Below are positions 34,077-47,329 of a stretch of 64,000 nt of DNA, one piece after another. Under the pieces are notes generated by a model. That model did not search any database. It saw only the letters and a list, made by a program, of their open reading frames with translations, and was not told the origin of the DNA. The stretch comes from Takakia lepidozioides (Eukaryota > Plantae > Bryophyta). Within the stretch, counting starts at the first letter, position 1, and each line of letters begins with the position of its first letter. The stretch is from contig CM060734.1 of the NCBI GenBank assembly GCA_030704615.1, forward strand, positions 60,016,001 through 60,080,000, given 5' to 3'. Both the position numbers and the translations under genes were made by a program.

Positions 34077-36673
34077 ATGGGTTCGGATGCCAAGGTGAGA
34101 TTTCAACTCATTCTGATAGCGCTCATTGCAATGACCTTAAGCGGACTCGGATGCCAATGCTCATGGTATGGAGGTTTCTATGAGGTGTTCCTAACCTTTT
34201 TGTTCACTAATTTGTGCGCCAGGACAATCAAGCAGCCGAGGGTGAGATCAAAGGGGAGAAGCGATGGTCGTTGACCGACTTTGACATTGGAAAGCCTCTC
34301 GGCAGGGGCAAGTTCGGGAATGTCTACCTTGCCCGTGCGAAACAGGTGAGTGCTCTGGGTCTGTCTCCTCTGTCAGAACAAGCTCCACCTATCTAGTTTA
34401 GCTGAAATGTTTCCTCTCGTCTGTTCGCTCCGTGCTTTTCCTTCCTGGTTATTTAGTAACACACAATAGCAAGTAATATACTGATTGTCAACGGATATCC
34501 AAACCCGGCTACAGTGCAAACCCTAGCTCTGCAAAAGTCCACGAAAAGGTTGGCCAATCTGTTATTCTGAATTCACACCTCTGTATAGGGCTTGTGCATT
34601 TACAGATGATCGATACTGTTTTAAAGTACATGAGACCGTCTCTCAGGGAGCCTATAAACAACTATTGCTTGTCCTCTGATGAAGTGGTCATAAACCTCAG
34701 CATTAATTTGTTGTGGTATGTTGTTTTGAATCACAGTTTCCTGCTGGTTTTTGCAATCGGTATGCCCTGGTATGGTTGAAAATTAACTCGATTATGTGCG
34801 ATTGCAGAGCAAGTATGTCGTCGCTTTGAAGGTTTTATTCAAGAACCAGCTTCAGCAATCCCAAGTTGAGCATCAACTGCGTCGTGAGATTGAGATCCAA
34901 TCCCACCTTTGCCATCCTAACATTCTTCGCCTGTGCGGGCACTTCTATGATCAGCTCAGAACTGGAATGCACACTGTGCTGTGAATTCCATGTTCCATGC
35001 CATGAATACCGGTTTCTTCACTACCAACCTGCGACATGATGAAAAATGTCAGGAAGAGGTCAAAAAGTACATTCAAGAAAGAGAAATGTCTCTAGCGTGA
35101 TGGTTATATCTTCCTAGTTTCCGTGTGTGGTAGGAAGCACATGATGAGATCTTTGGATTCCCCTTCCAACAATTCACTGTGCGGAAAAGTCCTATATCTG
35201 ATGCTTCTTTCAATGGGATCTGGCGAATGCTTGCATGAGCTACATCGTGGGCAGCATTTTTAACAGTCTTATTCACTGTTTCAGTCAAGAGTTTATCTGA
35301 TGCTTGAGTATGCCGCGAAAGGTGAGCTCTACAAGGAGCTCCAAAGGTGCAAGGTCTTCAGTGAAAAGAGAGCAGCCACGGTATGATTATGTCCATCCTC
35401 CCGTTTCAATCTGTTTGGACCAAATGAAACTGGTGAGTCCCTCTGCTAAAGACCCTAGATCGCTTTTTTTTATGAGCCTGACGTTTCCAAACCCTATTGC
35501 TGTTGTGTAAACTTGATAAAATTCACTCCCAGGTGGGAATCTATGAATTTTACTTCTGTAGGAAAGCGGCTGGTCTCTTTTGAGATCAACCCTATGGCAG
35601 AACACCCAATATGGGAAGGAAAAAGGTATTAGGCTGCCGATCTAAATGCCATGTCTTATTGTGCAGTATATTGCCTCCCTTGCCCGCGCTCTGATGTATT
35701 GCCATGAGAAGCATGTCATTCACCGTGACATCAAGCCCGAGAATCTACTGATAGGACTGAAGGTAATCAGATCTCTCATTTTCCGTGTCTTCCGAGTACG
35801 CTTATCTATGTCCAATTTCAGTTCTACTCTAATGGCCACAGTGCTGTCGTTCTAATATAGATTCTGTTGGGCGAGCAGGGTGAGCTGAAAATAGCCGACT
35901 TTGGGTGGTCCGTGCATACTTGCAACAGACGCAGGACTCTCTGTGGAACATTGGATTATCTCCCTCCAGAGATGGGTATGCACCTCACCCTTGTTTTAAG
36001 TTTCTGATCTTCAACGTCATGTCCTTATCAGACTGCTAACTTCTCTGTTCTGTGCTGCAAGAGGGTAAGGAACATGATGCCGGCGTCGACGTGTGGAGCT
36101 TGGGCAATCTTTGCTTTGAATTCTTGTATGGCACCCCACCTTTTGAAGCGAAGAAGCATTCTGACACTTACAAGCGGTAACTAGCTCCCGTTCTGTCCCT
36201 AGTTTAATCCTTCCAACTTATGAAACACACTATGATGACATATCAGTACTCGTCAGTTGAAGCTCTTAAGTGAATTCGATACTTGATGGTGCCTTAGTTC
36301 AACTTCCGTCAAGCAGAGCCTGTTGATCTAACTTGCTTCCTTATGCAGTATTGATCGTGTTGATCTGAGATTCCCATCAAAGCCTGTGATTTCTTCATCA
36401 GCCCGAGATCTTATCACTCAGGTAATTTGCTGCCCCAAAATTCTTTCACTCGTCTGTGGGCTCTGCGCGCACTTGATTTTGCTCTTGCAGTATCACGTTC
36501 GCAAGCGATTTCAGCAATATCAGTGAGTCTAATGGAGTGACATGAAATTGATTCGATGTGTGCAGCTCTTGGTGAAAGACTCTACTCAACGATTGCCTCT
36601 CCATAAAGTGCTTACACATCCATGGATTGTAAGTAATGCTGACCCCAGTGGCGTATACAGTGGCCACAATTGA
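34077..36673 (+). CDS. AUR: Aurora kinase, 9 exons, with splice-site lesions (possible young pseudogene)
   Basis: Exons 34077-34094, 34223-34345, 34808-34954, 35285-35380, 35667-35762, 35879-35975, ~36062-36176, 36349-36421 and 36566-36673. Motifs [33 protein letters not shown] and [16 protein letters not shown]. The donor after exon 3 reads CT. Confidence 0.85.
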
Positions 36674-36949
36674 CAGAGTAGGTTATGACATCAGTGACTG
36701 CGGGAGGAGCCTGTCTTATGCTGAGAATACTGTTCAGGGTTGAGACAAATCCCATAAGATAGTTTTTCCACTCACCATAACCTGGAGGATTTTCTGATGT
36801 GGTCTAAGGCATAGCCAATGTCTGCCTCATCGCCCCTGGGCAGCGGAACCATTAGTGTTAAAGGGCCAACTTACTCCAGTCGATATATTAAAGATTGGAT
36901 TACTGCCAGAGAGGTCCACAGGTGCGCAATCGTTTTACAGAGTTTCCAT

Positions 36950-38450
36950 GTGAGACAAGCAAAGAGTACTATACAGCCATGCTCAGGGATTTGGATGGCA
37001 AAATGAAGCACAACTGGTATCATAGTCTTAGACCCTGACCATTGCAGGCTATCAGCATCAATGCACAACAATAGTAGACAACCCAACAATTCAGGCATTT
37101 CAAATGCAGGGGGCCCGGTGCTATAGTTTGAAAGAGAGGGTGAATTTTCTTTTATGAAGGTGCAGGCAGGCGTAGCAAAGGCCCAGAGAAACTCCTCGCA
37201 GGCCAAAGTCGTAAGGGTCTGGACCCATCAAGTTCGACTGCAACGAACTGTTAAGAGCAAAAAGCAACATAAAACCAGAGATGCCGCAGAGAAATAGAAA
37301 TGAAAGGTGATCTCGTGTTGCCTTCACCTTCTCAAACAACAACCTTATAGCGTGTCCCTCCGACGTCGACCCAGCCACTGCCTTCCATTCAAGCTTCAAG
37401 ACCCCCCGTGAGCACTTCTGGCAACCAGGCAACCTCTTTCTCGTGCGGCGTGGTAGTTAACCACTCCCCTAGCAGAAACAAAAGCTGTGATGCCTGGAGA
37501 TGAAGAACCTAAAGCAGGTCCACAGTGATGGCACAAAAATAAGGCCTCTTTGGTAAGACTTCCCCAAAGGTATCGAAGGAAAGAGGAGTTGCCACAGCAG
37601 CCAGACAATCAACGAAACAGCTGCGTGCCAGAGCGCATCGCAACCACCGTCTTCCCTCTACCCCCCATCCCCATGTCGCCGCCATACTTGGCCATGTCAA
37701 ATGCAACCAGATATCGACCTCTATGCATCTGCCTCGGTCGTTCACTGCATGGAATGCTGCACCTTCTCTCCCATGGCCATCCTCTTTCACTATCTCCCTC
37801 ATAGCCCCTGCCCCCTGCAATTGTCCCATTGGCACATAGATGAAGTCTTGAAAACCTGTTGCGTTTCGGCAATGCAGACCAGCTTGGGTTTGTGAGATAA
37901 AAAGAGATTGGCCTTGTCGATGTTGAGCAATCACTCAATCTTACTATGTTGCTTTCATTTTTCTTCCAGATTCTAGGACAACGGGATAGAAGCCAGATAT
38001 TTCTGAAGTTCAGCAATTTCCAGAGCGAATCCTTTGTATCCTCTTGGAATCGGATGTTGCCACTAAAGTCATGATAAACGGAAACTCAAGCAAACAGCAG
38101 TTGTTGACAAAGGTGATCAATGCAATGCATAAAAGTAGCTTGGAAGAATGGCATGCCCTCTCATGCAGGTGCCCTTGCATGCTGCAGGAGTCTCCTACAA
38201 CCTTAGCCTATTGCATCAAAATCTATCACTCCTGCTATGAGTAGTAACTCACATGGTGTAGATACTAGATACAACAACCAAACACTGTTCTCACTGTTTC
38301 TTCCCAGGCGAGGTCCCCCTTTCTGCTGTCTTGCCAATCGCAGGCCTAAATGGGTGTGAGTGGCAAAGTTATCAGGACCTCCTCTATGAATGGGCAGGCA
38401 GATGGGAGTCTGGTTCTCTATAACAAGTCTGTAAGATCCCACCAGGTACC
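36950..38450 (-). mobile_element. Highly degenerate L1-like ORF2 relic
   Basis: Only weak, frameshifted similarity to the L1 endonuclease/linker region; boundaries approximate. Confidence 0.3.
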
Positions 38451-39333
38451 AATCTTTTGTGGCAGGATCACATGAGCTTGCCGCTTCATTCCTTGCCATG
38501 GCTCTCAAATGCTGTGCTCTTACAGAAAATCTTCAAAATGTTCTGTAATCTCCAACTGTGAAGCGTCATACCATGCGTACAAATGTCCTCATATCAGGAA
38601 AGACGTCCGTGGAACGGTGGAGCACTGAATAGAAGGGATGCATTCTTTGTCTCTCCGCACCCAAGCAGTGAAGCAAAGGACCGACAGACATGGATTGAGT
38701 GAGTGCAAGGTCTCATCAGCCTGGCTTTGTTGAGATGTCATCATTATATCTACATGGGGCACAGAGGGCACATGCAACAAAGCAGAACAACAAGAAACTA
38801 GCAAATGGAAGGAAATGAAATGAAAGTCCTCACAGGTTGAACTTTACATGAGTGCTGAAGCTGATCGACTGACAGGACTGGACCTTATACAATGGCCAGC
38901 GTTGATAAGCGTCATTGGTCAGAGCAGAAACCCACTCAAGGAAAACTTGTTCTTCTTCTGGAATTTCTTCAGTGGACAACTTAGACCAACCCCCTTAGAT
39001 CACCTTTGCAGTCCCGAATCAACCTTGCATTGACGCAATGTTGAATCGAGCAGAAATGGGAAACACAAAATGCGGAGAATTGTTCTTTGACAAGGGCAAT
39101 TCAACATTGCTTCAACGCAAGGTTGTTTTCATTTACAGTGGAAATGGAAAACAGTACTGGTCACCTTCCTTCACTCTTTTTTTGGACCCCCTTACACAAG
39201 GGTTATTTCGTTTCAACTCAACACACTGTTTATCGCTTTCACATACACAACGTGAAGAGACTACCACAGGTGCACGAACAACTGAAAATCTTATCTGAGA
39301 GCTATTGTAACAAAGAGCATGGGGTAAATGCAG

Positions 39334-40312
39334 GAATACTTGCGGCCAAAAGCGAACGGAAAGCAGTTACTGCTGGTCTCTCGTCTCTGTGTACTAATAA
39401 CCGGACTTGCCATGGGTGCATTCTCTTGTTTCCTATTTAAGGTCAGCCTCTGTAATTTCCCAACCCTTTTGAAAGATTTCGTGAACAGGCACCAAGCAGA
39501 TAGCAAAGTCATGTTGTACTGTCTGAGAACTAAAACTTTGAAGTAGGCCTTACTTACATGTGAATTTGCTACCCAAGTCTCATCCTCATTCTAGAAAACT
39601 GGTTCTATGGCCAGTTGTAACCCACCAATCAAGTTGGATGCTTTGGTAACACCTAAGTGAGCCAAGAAGCAATTAACAAACATCTTGGGTACAGGTTTAG
39701 TGTTCATGCAATCTTTTGTCTGCAGGTCAACATCAGCATAAACTTCTTGTTGCTTGTGATTGGGCTGCTAGTATCATCAGCGCTTCCTCCTCTCACTTTT
39801 ATGCTAATGTGGCCAGCAGTGCCCGTAGGCGCTGCCATAGCCAGTGCACTGGGTGGCCAAATCTCTTCCATCATAGCCTGGCTGGTACATGCAAAGGTAA
39901 TTCTTTGCTCAATAAAGCTTTCATCTCACCATGTTTTAGCAACATAGATTTAAAAATGTGATGTTTGGGGAAAGAGAGTGGAAAGAGGCTGATTCTTCCA
40001 ATTGAAAGAAATTGAAAGAATAGCCGACCAGTTGCCTGGTCTTCTATAGCATTGTGTGATGAGCCTAGTTGGGAACAGCAGAAAAGGAGAGGAGGTGAAG
40101 ATGAGGAAGGGGCCAGAGCCACATGTGGTTAGTTTTGCTGGATAAAACTCGTTCCGGCCACATCTCCTTCAGAAAGTCTTTTGTTTCCTCCAGACCTTTT
40201 ATTCATGTGTTCTTGGGTGAGTACAGGCTCACTGTGAACGATACCCTCCAGAGGCTGGGCCCCACCATGGACGGCAAAATTTTGTCGATAACAGTGTCAG
40301 CTGTCATCTGTG
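39334..40312 (+). pseudogene. DUR3-like urea/sodium:solute symporter exons (middle fragment)
   Basis: Exons 39334-39441 (YLRPKANGKQLLLVSR) and 39726-39896 (GLLVSSALPPLTFMLMW..IIAWL), plus a degraded piece at ~40227-40312. No upstream exons seen. Confidence 0.7.
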
Positions 40313-40436
40313 AATGTAAATGAGTTTGTTTCCAGGTTTCATACACCAGTGTCAATACATGTCATCTAGAGCTTCATTACCAGATGTCTGTGCATGTCTT
40401 CTGATTTATTTTCTGCAAATTTAGTTCTCTCTTTAA

Positions 40437-41255
40437 CCTTAAGTTCCCAAGCGACCTGAATCGAGTCACTCTGAATTTGCAGTTCCACCTAATTTTTGCA
40501 GATCTAATTCGATGGGCCCCACTCCTGAAGCTTTAATGACAAGGGATCTGTCTCGGGTATGATGCGAAAATAAACAAAAGCTACGACCTACAAAAAATAT
40601 CTTAGATCACTCATTTACGTTTTGGGCCTGAAAATGGCTTGTTGACCGCTGACGTGGCAGGTAAACAAGCCCAAAACAGATTGCACTCCAAAGGCCATTT
40701 TTGGCAGAAAATTAGCAATTTTGGAAAAAGCACTTCACCTTGTGGTATGTGAGCATTACATACACACATCCACCATTGGCTTTTAAAACTTTTGTAGAAA
40801 AAAAAGTACTTCATTTGGAGGCACATTTTCTCTTGTCAATTTTGAGATTTCAACCCCCATGTAATTGCATGCATAGCAAGCATAGGTGAAAAATCAGTTG
40901 GACCTGCAATTTAGTGGGGTCATAGCCACTCCACTATTGATTTGGAAATGGTGGGTCTTGGGGCAAGCAAAATTGGATAAAGCTAGGTTTTGATTTGGTC
41001 AAACCAATTTCTTTCTCACTTTTTCTTTGGGACCTGATATTTGAGGTCCGGGCAAACGCTATAATCTCACAATTTCCAGGGTGGACTTGGCTCCTTTTTT
41101 TGTATGTCATGCATAAATGAGCTGGGCCCATTGCTATAAGGCTGGAATCTCTCCATGATTTTTGGATGATTTTTGGTAGGTTTCTAGGGGCAATTTACTG
41201 CAGTTGGGTACCCAAAATTGTTCAAAAGTCCAAAAAGGGCTCGGGAAATTAAGGG
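40437..41255. mobile_element. piggyBac-like non-autonomous element
   Basis: TTAA on both sides (40433-40436, 41256-41259); TIR CC-TTAAGTTCCCAAGC versus reverse complement CCCTTAATTTCCCGAGC; AT-rich non-coding interior. Confidence 0.55.
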
Positions 41256-42129
41256 TTAAGCCCTTCTTACCCCCCATCATCCAAGGGATGAACCTTATAC
41301 TTATGTGCATATCTACGAGATCCATGTCCTCTCAATAATACAGGCAAATTGACTGTTGCATTCGGGCGATTATAACAAACTAATATGCCACAATTTGTAA
41401 ATATATTCAAAAATTGCATGTAAAAAATGTTTTTGACCACAAAATTGAAGTATCGAATTGAATCTTTCTAGACAATGGCCCTCCATAATCTGATTATATG
41501 GCACCTAAACTACTGCCTCCCCAAAAAATCAGTCCAAAATTCCAAAAATTCAGATAGGATGCTTTGTATGTGAAATCTGGGGGGTAAATTATCTTGTTTT
41601 GGCTTCTTTCCCAAGTACACCCATCAAGTTACATTTGTTTTCCAATTCCTCTAGGTATTTTCTTTTAATTAATTGATTCATGTTTGCTGTTTTTTTGTTT
41701 TGGGGGGCCTGCTTTTGCAAAGCCCACTATTTACTAATTTAGTAAATAATACCCCCTGTTCTAAAATTTAAAAATAAAAAATAGTAGGTAGTAAGAGGGG
41801 GGCCTCCCTTATATACCCTCTTAGGGCGGTGGGACCCTTCTAGAAGCCCCCACCCATTAAGGCCCTGGACACATGTCAACCCTACAAGACTCCCTATTCT
41901 AAATTTGGCCAAGTCCTCCCTTCTTTTTTTTTGGACCCCTCATCTCATTCCTTAATACACGTGGCCTTCCCACATAAGAAACACTAGCGGAGACTAGATG
42001 CAAAAGAGAGAGAAGGATTGGAGTATGGAAACTTACCTCTCTTGATAGTAGGTTTTACCCAACCCTCTGGTGGGGCGCTGAATGGGCAGTGAGGCACGAG
42101 TGGCACCTTGGGAAGGGACAAGATTCTGC

Positions 42130-44630
42130 CCCAATCTGCTTCTAGCAGAGAGATGGTTAATGGTGTTGTTTCAAAGCCCTTCCGTCTTTTCGCCCGGTTA
42201 GATAGGGATGTCCGCTTTCCCCATTCCTCTTCCTCATTGCAGCTGATGGACTTGGTTGCAATCCCACCTCGACATCATTGGTCTCTGGGTCCTAGTATCA
42301 TCCTTCTTCCTCCTATAGTATCTTGAGACCTCCATGTATGCAGGACAAAGTTTGGCTATAGTTCTTCTGAAAATGTTTCCAGAATGCTTAGTGCCTTATC
42401 TACCTTTTGTCATGCCTCTGGTCTGAAAGTCAATTGGGGCAAAACGGTGGGCTTGCTGTCCAGACTTAAAGAGAACTCGGCTTCTTCCCATCGTCTTCCA
42501 TGGGGCCGTGAAGTCAATCTCTCTTGGCTGCCAGACTGGAGCTCTCATACCTTGCTAGGGCATCAAATTGGCCACGACCTCAGTGACCTTCAAATATGTG
42601 AATCTGTTTTAGCATCCATCAAAAAGAATCTCGCTTACTGGAATTCAATTCTCTTATCCATTACGGGGAAAGCTCTTGTGGCCAACCAAGTCATTCTTGC
42701 TTCCTCTTGGTTTGCTTCCTCAGTCTGGTCTCCAGGGGCAGATGTAATTGAGAAAATCAAGAGGCTTGTGCCGAATTTCATTTGGGGGGCTTCTCAATCT
42801 GACCCAACCGTCGAGCTCTTGTCAGTTGGGATCAGATCACACAAAACAAGAAAAACGGAGGCCTTGGAAGTCCTGCTGGTTCCAGATACTCAAATCTGCG
42901 CTTTCCTTGCAAAATGGGTTCCTAGAATTTTTTCAAACTTGTCTGCACCGTGGAGCATTCTGGTTAAGTAGCCGTCACCTCTTACATACCATCCCTTCTT
43001 CCTCTTCTCTCTGGCCTGCTTCACTGAGGTGGACAGTGCAGGGGGGGAACACCAACAAGGTTTCTCAAGTTGGCTCTGTTGCTTGGAGATCCATATGGAC
43101 AGCTTGGGTAAGAATCCGCCCCTTCCTTGTTCAAACCACCCCTTCCATCCCAGAAGAAGCTTTGAGACAGCCATTCTTCGGCAATTTCAATAGAGATTCT
43201 TCAGATCTGGTTATTTGCTCCTCTAGATGGGCTCACTGGGAGGCGGCCAACATCTCCCATTTTTCCCATATCTGGGACAATGGTTCACTATTAACCTGTG
43301 CTGAAGCTACAGCTGCTCTCTCCTCCAGAAGGGCTGCTGGCCGGGGCTGGGAGTTTGTTACTCGTGACATCCCTGACAATTGGATTTCCCTTTGTTCGTT
43401 TCACCTAACCAAAGAAGTTTGCCTGCTTGGTTGGGGGCTGACTTACCTGCTGGAAAATCGGCGTTCTTTGCAATGTTTAGAACAGGCTCTTCCCTCTCTG
43501 GTTGGAAGATCTGGACAGGTCTTGGCCTCGGGCTCTTTGTTCTCCCCTGAATTTGCAGATATGGAGGCGGATCAGCTTTTTGCTATCCGGATAATTTGTT
43601 GGGCAACTGGAAACATCAACCCTCTTTGAAGAACGGCCTTCATGTAAACCCATTCCTCTGCTGGTTCCTCTCGACCCCAATCTCTCTCCTCCAGTTTGAT
43701 CCAGGTGAATGGATGTGGATGGACTTGAAGCATAGCCATTTCTTTTCATATGATTCGGTTAAGATGGGGTCTTCTTTGATCAAACCCGCCTGTTGCTTCA
43801 ACTCCAAGTGGTCTGCTTAATGGTCACACATCACGGACTGCCCCTCTTCTTGATCTATGATTTGGAAGGATGTTTGGAGGAAAGACAGAGCGGCAAGTCA
43901 AAAACCACTTCAATGACCCTGATGTTTTCTGCACAACTTGTCAGCTCCAGATTCCGATTCCTGAGTCTATCGAACATTGTTTAACTGACTGTCCTCTGGC
44001 TTTCAGGGTTTGGCCTTGTGTGATTTACTTTTATGGTCCTTGGAAGTCTTTGTCTGCTCCAGCCAGATCCACTCTTTTGTTAAACTTTGTAAATGGTCAT
44101 CTCTGATCGGACTGCCCGGTGGGCAACCCTCAGAGCTCACACTTTGTGGAACATCTGGAAAGCAAGATGCATACTTGTTTTTGATGCAAGACCGATTAGT
44201 CTCGTACCCAGTTTTCTTATGAGCCTCTGAAGAGAAAACGTGGTTCTTTAGTTCCCCTCTGCTCTGTTTATTCGTGTCAGGGTCTCGTACCTGGCAGTCC
44301 TTTGTGTCTCTCAAGAGGAATAGTGATAGTTTTTAGAATTGCCTCCTGCTGGTTCCCCTCTGATCTGTTTTGTTACTGCCTTCGTACCCCTGGTTCATCC
44401 TTTTCACTCACTCGCAATTCCCACAGCGCTCTGCTGCCCACCTTCAGCAGTTTGCTACTCAGCCCCCAATTCTTTAGCACTTCGGTTTCCAAGCTTTGCC
44501 TTCCTGGGTCAGCCTCTCTATGGCATCCTTCTTTAGAGGTTATATTTTCCTCTTTGTTCTCCTCCTGTACTCCTTTTTCCTTATTAATAAAATTTTGCAG
44601 GCCTTTGTCCCCTGTTGAAAGAGAGAGAGA
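42130..44630 (+). mobile_element. Degenerate 5'-truncated L1-clade LINE
   Basis: FCHASGLKVNWGKT, LSITGKALVANQV, FLAKWVPR and CTTC..ESIEHCLTDCP; collinear with the L1 at 15150-18318; AATAAA near 44586. Confidence 0.82.
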
Positions 44631-45166
44631 GATGACTCCGGGCCGGCGTAACTAAGACCCACTTGGCCTTGCGGCTGCTGGCGCTTTTCAGGGGTGGGCC
44701 CTATTCCCATGTTCAAATAATACTACTACTAATAATAATAATGAAGTGAAGTTACCGTGAGATATGAAATATTACCAGATGCAGACAAAGACAAGACAAA
44801 GTTGCTTTAACGTCCAGTGACTGCTGCTCAACACACAGGCCATCGAGGGCCCAATGGACGGTCTGAAGGCACATGTTGCACAGGCGAGGGGTAACCGGCA
44901 TTTAGGTTGCTAAGGAGATTCGGATCTTCACAGCTTCTTGGCACAGATCTGAGAGAGGGAGAGGAGGGGGCAGGGGGAGGACGGGATTGATCGAGGGAGG
45001 GAGGGAGGGAGGGAGGGAGGGACGAGAGAGGGGATGTGATAGAGAGGGCCAATGGATCTTCTTTGATGTGGGTATCGGTTGGGGGAGGGTTTTGTGGGGA
45101 GTTGTAGTGGTGGTGGCACTTGGTGGAGTAACAAGGGTTGGCGCAAGCGGTTGGGAATCGGCGGGA

Positions 45167-45997
45167 ATGGCTTCTTCGTTGCTAGAGGCTGGATGGCTGT
45201 GGTTGACCAACAATTTCAGTGATTTTCAGCTAGCGGCGCTGGGAAGCTTCTTCATTCACGAAGGTGTGTTTTTCCTGTCAGGTCTGCCATTTCTTTTGAT
45301 GGAGAGTTGGGGGCTGCAAAAGTACAAGATTCAAGGCAAGGTGAATACGCCAGCGGCACAGCAAAAGTGTGTCTTGAAGCTACTGCTGTACCATACCTGT
45401 GTCAATCTGCCCCTCATTACCTTGTCTTACCCGGTCTTCAAGTACATGGGCTTCACCAGCAAATTGCCCCTCCCATCCTGGAAGGTAGTGTGTTTTCAGA
45501 TCCTGTCATACTTCATCATGGAGGACTTCATCTTCTACTGGGGCCATCGCATCTTGCACACCAAGTGGCTCTATAAGCATGTCCACAGTGTACACCACGA
45601 GTATGCCACACCATTTGGGTTAACCTCAGAATATGCTCATCCATTGGAGATTCTGTTTCTTGGTTTCGCCACCATTTTTGGGCCTGCCATCACTGGTCCT
45701 CACCTACTCACACTCTGGATATGGATGAGCCTGCGGGTGCTGGAGACTGTGGAGGCTCACTGTGGCTACGACTTTCCTTGGAGCCTTTCCAGAGTTTTTG
45801 CTTTCTATGGGGGAGCCGAATTCCATGATTATCACCATCGGTTGCTCTACACCAAGTCAGGGAACTACTCATCTACTTTCACCTACATGGACTGGATCTT
45901 TGGTACAGACAAGGGGTACAGGAAGCTGAAGGCTTTGAGGAACAACCCAGATGAAAAGGCAAGCAATTTGGAGGCAAGTAAGGTGGAGGCAAGTTGA
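45167..45997 (+). CDS. SMO2: Sterol 4-alpha-methyl oxidase (SMO2/ERG25 family), intronless, 276 aa
   Basis: Open frame with the three His boxes HRILH, HSVHH and HDYHH, plus EYATPFGLTSEYAHP and C-terminal YMDWIFGTDKGY. The true start is probably ATG 45167 (MASSLLEAGW). Confidence 0.95.
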   Translation: MASSLLEAGWLWLTNNFSDFQLAALGSFFIHEGVFFLSGLPFLLMESWGLQKYKIQGKVNTPAAQQKCVLKLLLYHTCVNLPLITLSYPVFKYMGFTSKLPLPSWKVVCFQILSYFIMEDFIFYWGHRILHTKWLYKHVHSVHHEYATPFGLTSEYAHPLEILFLGFATIFGPAITGPHLLTLWIWMSLRVLETVEAHCGYDFPWSLSRVFAFYGGAEFHDYHHRLLYTKSGNYSSTFTYMDWIFGTDKGYRKLKALRNNPDEKASNLEASKVEAS

Positions 45998-46199
45998 AGT
46001 CCATCAGAGAAGGTGCACTACTATAAATTACCGTGTTTTTTTCTCGACAAGCAGTGAAGGGTCTGAATCCATATAAGAATTAAGAAAATCTCGATCCGTG
46101 TTTTCTCATTACATGAGCAGTGTTGTACTCTTGCATGTTTTCACCTGAGCATAAACTGTGATCACGCCTGGTGAGCCCTTCACCAAGGTAGTTTCTGTT

Positions 46200-46690
46200 C
46201 CCTATGTTTCCGGGACGCAAGGTCTATGGCCAACAGGCTACGGCAAACAAAGTCTTATGAGTACATTCTCTCATTTTTCTCTCCTCTTCTTTTTTGGTTT
46301 TCACTAGGAAAGGGGGATCAAACTTAATAATACACCAAATTGGAACACAACCTTGGACAACAGAATTGGCCTCTTTATTATGAGGATGTCTCTTATCTGC
46401 TTACTCTGCCATCATTCATGGTCAACGGACCTTCAGTCTCTCTCTCGTTCTCTCTATCTAGAGCCCATACCCTACCAGCTCTTATGTTTGCAGATGACTT
46501 TGCAGGCATAGGAGAGACTGCATCCAATCTTCAGGAGTTGATTGATTGCGCAAAGAGATACTTTGACCTTTGGGGCTAGGGGCTAACGTCAGTAAATGCG
46601 CTGTAGTGGCATTCAATGACTGTGGGGAGGGAGGAGACGGTCTCATGGATCTTGGTGTTTGCGATGATAGCTTTTCCATCGCGTTCACAG
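46200..46690 (+). mobile_element. LINE family 1 fragments (tail 46200-46272; RT piece 46470-46690)
   Basis: Family 1 tail motif; LMFADDFAG..LQELID RT motif. Confidence 0.7.
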
Positions 46691-47329
46691 GTAGCTAATA
46701 CAAAACCCTACGCGGACCCCATGCTGGCAGCTGTGGAGCCTGGTGGTAGTGACAGTGGTAACTACCAGCTATGGTTTACAGCTCCAGTAGCCAATCCGGT
46801 GGTAACGTAAACATCAGAAAAGGACCAGATAAGTTGGTGGTAACAAGTATACCCTCCCCACCCTTCTTAGGCAGAATTTCTTAGAGTCCATACTGGGAAT
46901 TAGACAGCTGTGCTGCAGTCCATCAATAGCACTTCCCGCTCTCTCCTTCAGCTGAAGTCCTCCTCTGTCAGTCACAGGACAAAGTCTATTTTACCAAAGC
47001 TGTGTGACTATTTGGATGGAGACCTTCAATGCACTGTTGATGCAGGGGTTTGTTGCAAGATGTAGAGATGAACATGCACACTAAGCAGCAGTAATCCAGT
47101 CGTACTCTAAGGTCAAGTTTGTCTTTGGATGGAACACTATGTGACTGCTTGGGTTGAAAGTGATTAGCATGCATTTTAAATCCAAACTGTACGTGCAAAT
47201 AGAACATTTGTATGAATGCTCACATGGAAAAGAGTTGGCTGATCATGTTTTGAAGCAGTCTGCAATGTATCAAGGAATCGCATTTCCATTGCATCTTTTG
47301 TACAATCTCCCAATGCTTGGGTTACTCTT

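Noticed and set aside
26854-36673. Functional mitotic gene cluster (CDC20 plus Aurora)
   Set aside because: CDC20 is a truncated fragment inside an element and Aurora lies outside it; the proximity is probably chance.
44987-45166. 60-aa N-terminal extension of SMO2 in the ORF track
   Set aside because: It starts at a non-ATG codon in a low-complexity GGGA tract; family similarity begins at ATG 45167.
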